From Nitrospirota bacterium (GTDB lineage: Bacteria > UBA2233): a stretch of DNA of 64,000 bases. Within the stretch, counting starts at the first letter, position 1. The number at the start of each line of letters is the position of its first letter. The stretch covers positions 3,037 to 67,036 of the forward strand of contig WOZJ01000071.1 in the NCBI GenBank assembly GCA_011620345.1. The letters run 5' to 3'. Position numbers and translations under genes: made by a program. Shown piece after piece: positions 28,717 through 36,342 of this stretch. The notes under the pieces are model-generated. The model searched no databases. It was not told the origin of the DNA and saw only the letters and a list, made by a program, of their open reading frames with translations.

Positions 28717-29691
28717 TTAAACTTTGGCTTGGCAGGCTACAAAATGGCCCGGTGAAGCCTCGTGAAGCTCTGGGATGCAGCTTTTGCATGCCTCGAGCGA
28801 TTCTTCGCAAAGCGGCAAGTAGGCGCACTCTGGATGGGTTTTTTTGGCATCGCCCTCCGATTCGGCAGGGGAGGGCGTTGTCCTGGAAGCGTCCCAAAAC
28901 TCCGGGGACAACGTAAGCAAGGCTCGGGTGTAGGGGTGCAGAGGTTCCTTAAAGAGGGCCTTTGCCGGTGCAAGCTCGACGAGACGGCCTTTGTAGAGAA
29001 CGCCCACCCTGTCGCTTAAAACACGGACCACCGCTAAGTCATGGCTTATAAAAAGATACGTCAACCCAAGCTCCCTTTTGAGCCTAAGCAGCAGGTTTAG
29101 GATTTGGGCTTGAATCGAGACATCCAAGCTGGATGTCGGTTCGTCCAAAACGAGGAATTTGGGAGAAGGGCCGAGCGCCCTGGCAAGACACACCCGTTGC
29201 AATTGTCCTCCTGAGAGCTCGTGAGGGAATAGCTTTGCATGGGAAGGCTGAAGCCCTACATGCTCGAGGAGTTCATCGACGCGCTCGTTCTTGGCCCTTG
29301 TGCCGGCAATGCCCCCTAGCGCAACCCCTTCTTCAATGGCGGCACCAACGCGCATCCGTGGGTTGAGCGCCGCTTTCGGGTCTTGAAAGACGACCTGGGC
29401 CTTTTTTCTGAAGTCAAGCAATGCTCTCCCTCGCAAGGAAAACACGTCCCGCCCCTCAAAGTACACCTTGCCTCCTGTGGGTGAGGCAAGCCTAAGAATT
29501 ATTCTTCCTAACGTGGACTTGCCAGAGCCGGATTCGCCCACAAGCCCGAATGTCTCTCCTTGGTAGAGCGCGAGCGAAACGCTTGAAAGGGCTTCGAAAT
29601 AAGGACTTCCTTGCGGGTAGAAACGCTTGGAGAGGTCATCGAGGACGACAAGTTGCGGGAGGTGCTCCTTCGGCCGCGTGGCTCCTTTCAT
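28717..29691 (-). CDS. oppF: Oligopeptide ABC transporter ATP-binding subunit
   Basis: GESGSGKST, FQDP, LSGGQLQR, DEPTSSLDVSIQAQ, HPYT, C-terminal Cys motif. Confidence 0.92.
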   Translation of the reverse strand: MKGATRPKEHLPQLVVLDDLSKRFYPQGSPYFEALSSVSLALYQGETFGLVGESGSGKSTLGRIILRLASPTGGKVYFEGRDVFSLRGRALLDFRKKAQVVFQDPKAALNPRMRVGAAIEEGVALGGIAGTRAKNERVDELLEHVGLQPSHAKLFPHELSGGQLQRVCLARALGPSPKFLVLDEPTSSLDVSIQAQILNLLLRLKRELGLTYLFISHDLAVVRVLSDRVGVLYKGRLVELAPAKALFKEPLHPYTRALLTLSPEFWDASRTTPSPAESEGDAKKTHPECAYLPLCEESLEACKSCIPELHEASPGHFVACQAKV

Positions 29692-29890
29692 CGCTTCCTC
29701 CCTAGTATGAACGTTCGAACCTTGAACGTAGCCTACTCCAGAGGTGCTGGACGATCAAGGCATGGTTGCACATAGGGCAAACAAGCTAACCAAGGCCACT
29801 TCGTGAAACCCTCATCGGCCGGCGCAACTTTCGCCTTTTCCGCCCCCTTTTGTGCCAGGCGGTGACGGGGGCATAACGCTTCTTGGCGGC

Positions 29891-30556
29891 TCAACGGTAG
29901 CGTTGGAAGCTCCATACTATCTTTCCGATGACGATGGGTCCCTCTTGGGAGGCGCCAAACAAAGGGAACGCGAAGGATGGGTAGCGCTCGTTGTCGCTTT
30001 GAAGCAGGAGCGTCCCCCCCTCCAGTAGGATGCAGCGCTTGATTACCGCGCCTTTCATCGGGAGCCAGAAGGCGAACAGCCGCTCGTGCTCCAGAAAGCC
30101 GCGCTTTGTGTCGATCCCGACGACGCTACCGTCCACGAGCGTCGGCTCCATCGAAGCGCCCCTGACGGCCATGGCGTAAATTCCGTCCTTTACGAGGCTT
30201 ACGGGTACGACGATTTCGCCCACAACGTCCGTGTGCGGGTCTATCGGCCCGCCTGCCGCGAGCGCCCCGTATACGGGTAGGCCGAGGTGTTCTTCGGCCG
30301 TTTTCGAGGCAAGCGCGGGCTCGAGGGCAAAGGAGCCCTTGAAGCTCGCCTGACCCTCCTGTTCAAGCCATGCCATGATGGCTGCAACAGAGGAGAAGCG
30401 TACGTCCCGCCCGTTTAAGAATGCCCGCAGAGTCCTTGGGTCTACATCGAGCCTTCTGGCAAGCTCCCCCAACCCCCGCCCCCCGGCCCTTTCGCAAAGC
30501 TTCCGGATGCGTTCCCTTAAGCCCCTAAGGTAGGCTTCTTTGTCATGCATGTTCAT
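29891..30556 (-). CDS. CI/LexA-like autocleavable repressor (XRE HTH + S24 peptidase)
   Basis: HTH LGELARRLDVDPRTL; Ala-Gly site in LAAGGP; GASM (Ser) and IKR (Lys); ATG 30556 after AAGGAGG. Confidence 0.88.
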   Translation of the reverse strand: MNMHDKEAYLRGLRERIRKLCERAGGRGLGELARRLDVDPRTLRAFLNGRDVRFSSVAAIMAWLEQEGQASFKGSFALEPALASKTAEEHLGLPVYGALAAGGPIDPHTDVVGEIVVPVSLVKDGIYAMAVRGASMEPTLVDGSVVGIDTKRGFLEHERLFAFWLPMKGAVIKRCILLEGGTLLLQSDNERYPSFAFPLFGASQEGPIVIGKIVWSFQRYR

Positions 30557-30580
30557 TGTCCCTCCTTGGTCAAGAAACCA

Positions 30581-30686
30581 TACCTTCCGGAATGGTACGT
30601 TTGATGCTTGACTTGGCAACATCATGTAGACTATATTTAGTCATATTTTCTATTATAGCAGCATAAAATGGAACTTACGGCAACAT
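30581..30686. promoter_or_regulatory. Divergent promoter/operator region between the repressor and the PolB2 cassette
   Basis: TTGACT (30608)-N18-TATATT (30632); palindrome GACTA-N4-TAGTC at 30629-30642; TACC-TTCCGGAA-T-GGTA at 30581-30597; AT-rich. Confidence 0.5.
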
Positions 30687-31166
30687 ATGGATGCATTAGA
30701 GCATCTTCATGCTAAGAATCCGCTTGAACTTGCGCATAAGCTCGCACTCTATGCGGCTCTCAAGGGGCTGCGGGTGGCCATCTTGGATGCCGGGGACTGT
30801 TTTCGGCCGCATTTATTCCCTAGATTGCCCCGCGTTTCCCGGCGGACCAAGGAGGAGGCAAACAGGCGGCTCTATGTCTGCCGGATCTTTACCCCGGAAC
30901 AGCTCAAGGCCGCTCTAACGTCTCTTAGCGCGCTCGGGCCTGAGCTTGCACTTGTTCTCGGGCCCGGGCGTTTGCTTATGGACGCTCCAAAGCGCCTTGA
31001 TGTTTTCGCCTTTCCTGTCGTCATCGTAGAAAAGAATACCCTCATCCTCAACCGTGCTTCCAGGGAGGCTTTCTATGGGAAGGAACGTTTTACCCCCGAG
31101 CCTTCTGATCGCCAGGGAAGAGGCGCTCTTAAAAGACTTCCTGCGCGCTCTCCGCAAGGAAGATAG
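30687..31166 (+). CDS. Truncated, inactive RadA/RecA-like protein (PolB2-associated)
   Basis: RVAILDAGDCFRP...RLYVCRIFTPEQL resembles the RadA viDxxNxF...IxvxRxFTxxQL core; no Walker A. Confidence 0.7.
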   Translation: MDALEHLHAKNPLELAHKLALYAALKGLRVAILDAGDCFRPHLFPRLPRVSRRTKEEANRRLYVCRIFTPEQLKAALTSLSALGPELALVLGPGRLLMDAPKRLDVFAFPVVIVEKNTLILNRASREAFYGKERFTPEPSDRQGRGALKRLPARSPQGR

Positions 31167-31332
31167 GCTCGTGCTCAAACGGCTCTTGGCCGGAGTGCGC
31201 GCGCATAGTCAAGCAATCGGCCTTTCTGATGTCGAGCCTTTTGAGGCCATCCTCCTTGCCATGCTCCTCGAGATCCAAAAAGAGGTCGAGGCCCTCAAGG
31301 AGGCTTTGGAGGGGGCAAAGAAGCACCCATGA
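31075..31332 (+). CDS. Small alpha-helical PolB2-associated protein (arCOG07300-like)
   Basis: MGRNVLPPS...FLRALRKEDR...PFEAILLAMLLE pattern; ATGA-coupled to polB2. Confidence 0.75.
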   Translation: MGRNVLPPSLLIAREEALLKDFLRALRKEDRLVLKRLLAGVRAHSQAIGLSDVEPFEAILLAMLLEIQKEVEALKEALEGAKKHP

Positions 31333-33518
31333 AGTCAGGGTTTCTACTGGATGCCCACGAAACCCCAAAGGGGATAGGTTTGTGGTTGGCGTTGGACGAT
31401 GGAAGCCGTCCGCGTTTAGAGCGCGCCTTTAGCCCTGGCTTTGCACTTGAAAACGAGGGGAGGAAGACAAGGCGCGCAGTGGCGATCCTCCAAGGGCGCT
31501 TCGGTAAGGATATTCGGGTGGTTGAGGGCAAGGGGAACGACCTTCTTAAGGGGGAGGTGCCCCTTTTTGAAATTAAGGCCAAAGACCCATGGACGTTCGA
31601 GCGCCTCAAAGCCCAAGCCCTCCGCTCGGACCTCTTTGAGGGGCTTTGTGTTTACGGGGTTGATACCCCCGCCGTCTCGCAGTTTTTTTTGAAGACGGGG
31701 ATGTTTCCGTTCTGCAGGTTCGCTTTCAAAGACGGAGAGTTAAGGGTTTGCGACGAGCCCTTGGCGCTCGATTACCCCTTTCCGTCCCTTAGGGTCTTGG
31801 AGGTTTCCTTGGAACCCGAAGGGCTTGACCCAATGCACGCAAGAAGGGCGTTTGCGCTGTGCCTTCGGCCCTTGGGAGAAGAAGAGGGCCTCGTGCTAGA
31901 GGCCTGCGACAAAGAGGGCATCGAAAGCTCCTTAAGGCGCTTCGACCCCGACGTGATCCTCGCCCCGTTTGGCGACGGTTACACGCTCAAGCGCCTCCTT
32001 GCGCTGGGTGTCCGCACGCTTTCCAGAGAAGGGTTTCACGCCCGTCTTGGCGAAGACCAAACCATCGCCTCGTACGGAAAGGTCTATGCAAGGAAGGGGC
32101 CCGTGCTCCTAAGCGGGCGTCTCCACATTGACCCCCGCAACTCGTTTTTCTACCCGGAAGTCGGGCTGGCTGGACTCATCGAACTCTCCAGGGCCTGCGC
32201 CATCCCTTTGCAAGAGCTTGCCAGGACAACCCCCGGCAGGGCCATTACCCGGCTCGAGGCCCGCTTGGCTGGCCAGCTCGGGTTTCTTGTCCCGTTTCAA
32301 AAGGGCGTCCCGGAGGGCTTTAAAACGCTCGAGACGTTCCTTAGGCTCGATAAAGGGGGCTTGAGCTTCAGGCCGCTCGTGGGGTTTTTTGAGAACGTGG
32401 CCGAGTACGATTTTGCCTCGATGTACCCGAGCATCATCGTGAACTTCAACCTCTCGTACGAGACGCTCAACTGCGGGCATCCTTCTTGTCAAACGCGGCT
32501 TCCGGTCTCAGGGTACGGCGTTTGCTCGAAGCGCACCGGGATCGTGCCCTTTACCTTGAAGCGCCTGATCGAAAGGCGGGAAACGCTCAAAGCGAGGGCG
32601 GCTTTGGAGAGCGATCCCCGCCAAAGACAAGCGCTCGAGCAAAGGCAAAAGGCCCTTAAATGGCTGCTTGTCGTGAGCTTTGGGTATCTTGGCTACAGGA
32701 ACGCAAAATTCGGCAGGATCGAGGCGCACGAGGCGACGACGGCCATAGGGCGGGAGCTTTTGCTTTTTGCCAAAGAAATCGCCGAAGCAAGGGGGTTCAA
32801 GCTTCTCCACGCGCTGACGGATGCGCTCTGGGTTCAAAAAGAGGGCGCCCAAGAGCGTGCATACGTGGAGCTCGAGCACGAAATCATACGGAGGGTCAAC
32901 GCCGCATTCAAGCCGGTGTTGCCAGACGGGGTTCCATGGAAGGTCCGGCTTGAAGGGGTATACGCTTGGGTTCGTTTTCTTGCCTCCAAGGCCTACGGGG
33001 TTGGCGTTGGGAACCGCTACGTGGGCGTGTTTCAGGATAGAACGATCAAAGCAAGGGGAATCCTCCTTAGGCGTTCGGATACTCCACCGCTTATCAGGGA
33101 GTTCCAGGAGCAAGCGCTCCAACTCCTTGCCGGGGTTTCTAGCATCGAAGGTCTCCGTCGGCAATATTCGACGCTTCAAGGGCTTACCAAGGCCTACGAG
33201 GCCCGCCTCGAAGAGGGGAAGGTCAGGCCGGAAGCGCTCGCTGTCCGCCTTCGGCTCGCAAGGAACCCCTTGGACTACCAAAAGCGTTCTTTTTTGGCTG
33301 AGGCCGCCCAAAGCCTTTTGGCCGAAGGTCTCGGGGTGTCATTGGGCGAGACGGTGCGTTTTGTCCGGGTTCAGGACAAAGCGCTGAGGGCGAACCCCCT
33401 TTGGCTTTACCATGACAACCCCAAGCCGATCGATACGGCCTACTATGCAGGGCTCCTTCAAGAGGCGCTGGAAGAGCTTCTCCCTCAATCGCTCCTTAAA
33501 GAAAAAGCGCTTCCTTGA
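31329..33518 (+). CDS. polB2: Family B DNA polymerase, PolB2 (Dpo2-like) subgroup, lacking proofreading motifs
   Basis: Motif A YDFASMYPSII; motif B KWLLVVSFGYLGYRNAKFGRIEAHE; motif C HALTDALWV instead of YGDTDS; KARGILLRRSD. Confidence 0.9.
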   Translation: MKSGFLLDAHETPKGIGLWLALDDGSRPRLERAFSPGFALENEGRKTRRAVAILQGRFGKDIRVVEGKGNDLLKGEVPLFEIKAKDPWTFERLKAQALRSDLFEGLCVYGVDTPAVSQFFLKTGMFPFCRFAFKDGELRVCDEPLALDYPFPSLRVLEVSLEPEGLDPMHARRAFALCLRPLGEEEGLVLEACDKEGIESSLRRFDPDVILAPFGDGYTLKRLLALGVRTLSREGFHARLGEDQTIASYGKVYARKGPVLLSGRLHIDPRNSFFYPEVGLAGLIELSRACAIPLQELARTTPGRAITRLEARLAGQLGFLVPFQKGVPEGFKTLETFLRLDKGGLSFRPLVGFFENVAEYDFASMYPSIIVNFNLSYETLNCGHPSCQTRLPVSGYGVCSKRTGIVPFTLKRLIERRETLKARAALESDPRQRQALEQRQKALKWLLVVSFGYLGYRNAKFGRIEAHEATTAIGRELLLFAKEIAEARGFKLLHALTDALWVQKEGAQERAYVELEHEIIRRVNAAFKPVLPDGVPWKVRLEGVYAWVRFLASKAYGVGVGNRYVGVFQDRTIKARGILLRRSDTPPLIREFQEQALQLLAGVSSIEGLRRQYSTLQGLTKAYEARLEEGKVRPEALAVRLRLARNPLDYQKRSFLAEAAQSLLAEGLGVSLGETVRFVRVQDKALRANPLWLYHDNPKPIDTAYYAGLLQEALEELLPQSLLKEKALP

Positions 33519-35370
33519 CCGCGAAACAACGGGCTCTATGGCCGTCTTGGAGCGTGACCCATGGGGCCGGCTCGTCCTTGCAGTAAGGCCTTGCAACGGG
33601 ACAGCGAGGGGTGAACGCGCAGCCTTTGGGGAGCGTATACGGGTCGGGGGGGCTTCCTGGAAGCGCAAGGAGGGCAGTATCCGGGTCGTCCGCGTCGGGT
33701 TTTGGGATCGAATCGAGCAGCCCTTTTGTGTAGGGATGCTGGGGGTCTTGGAACAAGCGCGTCGATGGGCCCTCTTCGACAATCTCGCCCGCATACAGCA
33801 CAGAGACTCTGTCAGCCCAGCCCTTGGCAAGCGCGAAGTTGTGCGTGATGAACAAGATGCCTAGCCCGCGCGTTGTCTTGAGCTTGGTAAGGAGCGCGAG
33901 GATCCTAGCTTGCGTGGCAACATCGAGCGCCGTCGTGGGTTCGTCGGCGATCAAGAGGCTTGGCGAGAGCGCGAGCATGACGGCGAACACGACCCTTTGT
34001 CGCATGCCCCCCGAGAGCTCGTGAGGGTAAGCGAAAAAGCAGCGCCTCTGATTTTGGATGCCAACTTCCTTAAAAAGATGGAGCGCTTCCTCCTTGGCCG
34101 CAGCCCAAGAAAGCATCCTGGCGGCAACAAGCGCCTCTGCCACCTGTTTTCCGGCCTGCATCGTCGGGTTGAGCGACCCTAAAGGGTTCTGGAAAACCAT
34201 GGCCAGCTTAGGCTTGCCCAGCTGATCGAGGGGCCCAAGCCTTGGCAGTCGGAGCTCTTGGCCCATGAACAGGCACTTGCCAGAAACCAGCGAGCCTTTC
34301 TTTGGCAGGAGTCCCATAATGGACCTTCCTAGCGTTGACTTGCCAGAGCCCGACTCTCCCACGAGCGCGAGCATTTCGCCGGATTGAAGCGTAAGGCTAA
34401 CCTCTCTGATCGCAGGAAGCTCTCCCCTTGGCGTAAGGAACCTAACACAGGCTCGCTCGAGCGTTAGAAGCGGCGCTCCGACAGTTTTCTCTGGAGGGAG
34501 CGCGGGAATTTCGGCGCTACCCTTGACCAACGGCCTTGGTGCTGGCTCTCCCCTTTTTGGGTCCAGCAGGTCCCTTAGGGTATCGCCCAAGGTGTTGAAG
34601 GCAAGGAGCGTCGAACAGAGAATGGTCGCAGGGATGAAGAGCTGCCAGGGGTAGTACCAAGATTCCCGCGCTCCCTCCGTGATCAGCGTGCCCAGGCTGG
34701 CCCTAGGCAGTGGCACGCCAAGGCCGATGAAGGCAAGGAACGCCTCCAAGAATACGGCCTGGGGGATGGTGAGCGTCAAGGCCACCAGTACGGGACTCAT
34801 AACGTTGGGAAGGATGTGCCACAGGAGAATCCGGAACGGCCCCTGGCCCATAGCGGTCGCGGCAAGGACGAAGTCCTCTTCTTTTGCCCTCAAAACCTCG
34901 CCCCGCACGAGCCTGGCCATCGGGATCCAGCCCGTAAGCGTCATTCCAACTATGAGCGAGAAAACCCCAGGACCTAGGATTACTGCAAGCAAAAGGACCA
35001 CCATAATATAGGGGATGCTGTAGAGAACCTCTACCGCACGCATGAAAGTCGTGTCCAATTTCCCCCCGATGTATCCCGCGAGCCCGCCCAGCATCAGGCC
35101 AAGCCCCAAATCGATCAGCGCGGCCGCAAACCCGACGAACAAAGAGATCCTAGCTCCACCCCATGCCCTTATAAACAGGTCCCTTCCGAGCGCGTCCGTT
35201 CCGAACGGGTGGGCCAAGCCGGGAGGGAGGTTGGTTTGGGCAAGGTCGATCTCGTAGGGCGAAAAGGGGCTGAGCCAAGGCCCTAGCATGGCAAGCGTTA
35301 GAATGCCAATCAAAAAAAGAAGGCTTGCAAGGAGCAAGGGGCTGGCTTTCAGCGTTCGAGAGCCGGCCAT
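33496..35370 (-). CDS. oppCD: Fused oligopeptide ABC permease OppC + ATPase OppD
   Basis: HPFGTDALGRD and EAA-like loop, then GESGSGKST, LSGGMRQR, DEPTTALD, HPYT, C-terminal Cys cluster in one frame. Confidence 0.9.
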   Translation of the reverse strand: MAGSRTLKASPLLLASLLFLIGILTLAMLGPWLSPFSPYEIDLAQTNLPPGLAHPFGTDALGRDLFIRAWGGARISLFVGFAAALIDLGLGLMLGGLAGYIGGKLDTTFMRAVEVLYSIPYIMVVLLLAVILGPGVFSLIVGMTLTGWIPMARLVRGEVLRAKEEDFVLAATAMGQGPFRILLWHILPNVMSPVLVALTLTIPQAVFLEAFLAFIGLGVPLPRASLGTLITEGARESWYYPWQLFIPATILCSTLLAFNTLGDTLRDLLDPKRGEPAPRPLVKGSAEIPALPPEKTVGAPLLTLERACVRFLTPRGELPAIREVSLTLQSGEMLALVGESGSGKSTLGRSIMGLLPKKGSLVSGKCLFMGQELRLPRLGPLDQLGKPKLAMVFQNPLGSLNPTMQAGKQVAEALVAARMLSWAAAKEEALHLFKEVGIQNQRRCFFAYPHELSGGMRQRVVFAVMLALSPSLLIADEPTTALDVATQARILALLTKLKTTRGLGILFITHNFALAKGWADRVSVLYAGEIVEEGPSTRLFQDPQHPYTKGLLDSIPKPDADDPDTALLALPGSPPDPYTLPKGCAFTPRCPVARPYCKDEPAPWVTLQDGHRARCFAVKEALFL

Positions 35371-36342
35371 TCAGCGCTCCTTTGCTCCGAAGGTGCGGAT
35401 CCTTGGGTCTAAAAGGCCGTAGGCGATGTCGACCAAGAACATCGCGACGATCAGGAGCGCTGCGTAGAATACAGTCGTTCCCATGACGAGCGTGTAATCT
35501 CTGTCGTAGATGCTCTGGACGTAATATTTCCCTAGGCCCGGCACGTTGAAGATCGTCTCGATCACGAACGAACCGGTCGTGATGTTCACCACCATCGGCC
35601 CTAGGTAGGTTACGACGCTCAAGGCGGCGTTCCGAAGGATGTGATGCACCAGGAGTCTGGTATGCGCAAGCCCTTTGATCCTGGCCGTCTGGATGTAGTC
35701 TTGCCTTAGCACGTCCAAGATGCTCGCACGAAGGAGGCGAGCAATCGTCGCGGCAGGAAGGATGCTTAGCGTTAAGGCTGGCAAGAATCTTGCTGTTCCT
35801 CCCTCCCAGCCTGCGACGGGGAAAAGGCCAAGCCGAAATGCGAAAACGTACTGAAAAAGCAAAGCCAAAATGAACGATGGCACCGAAACGCCAAGGGCGG
35901 CCAAAAAGGTCGCGGATCGATCGATCTTTCCTTCATGGTACAGTCCAGCAAGCGCGCCCAAGAGCGTGCCCCAAAAAAGGGCCAGGAGCAAAGCCCAAAG
36001 CCCAAGCTCTGCCGATACAGGGAAGCCTTGAGCGATGATGTCGTTTACCGAACGGCCGAGCTGGACGTAAGAAACGCCGAAGTCGAGCCTTGAGAGGTTG
36101 CCCAGGTACCGAAAGTACTGCTTATAGAGCGGCTTATCGAGCCCATACTTGCGGTAGAGGTTCTCCCTGACCTGGGGGGTGACCTTGGGGTCCGCGAACG
36201 GGTCCCCTGGAATCAGACGCATGCCAAGGAACGTGAACGTTGCGACGACCCAAAGCGTGGTGAGCATCATGATGACACGTCCGAACAGGCGCCAAAGAGG
36301 GCCTTTGCCTTGCAGCCTCACTCCGCTTTGTGCAGGCCTCAT
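35371..36342 (-). CDS. oppB: Oligopeptide ABC permease
   Basis: IPGDP, YGLDKP, DFGVS, DYIQTARIKGL, ETIFNVPGLG, DPRIR; ATG 36342 is ATGA-coupled to the oppA stop. Confidence 0.93.
   Translation of the reverse strand: MRPAQSGVRLQGKGPLWRLFGRVIMMLTTLWVVATFTFLGMRLIPGDPFADPKVTPQVRENLYRKYGLDKPLYKQYFRYLGNLSRLDFGVSYVQLGRSVNDIIAQGFPVSAELGLWALLLALFWGTLLGALAGLYHEGKIDRSATFLAALGVSVPSFILALLFQYVFAFRLGLFPVAGWEGGTARFLPALTLSILPAATIARLLRASILDVLRQDYIQTARIKGLAHTRLLVHHILRNAALSVVTYLGPMVVNITTGSFVIETIFNVPGLGKYYVQSIYDRDYTLVMGTTVFYAALLIVAMFLVDIAYGLLDPRIRTFGAKER

Larger units (their letters stand above)
29692..33515. mobile_element. Putative inserted DNA-damage cassette bounded by 8-bp direct repeat CGCTTCCT; no recombinase encoded
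   Basis: Repeat copies at 29692-29699 and 33508-33515; the cassette splits oppCD from oppF. Confidence 0.4.

Noticed and set aside
31329-33518. PolB as marker of a casposon, pipolin or prophage
   Set aside because: No Cas1, integrase, terminal inverted repeats or virion genes; motifs and partner genes indicate the PolB2 group
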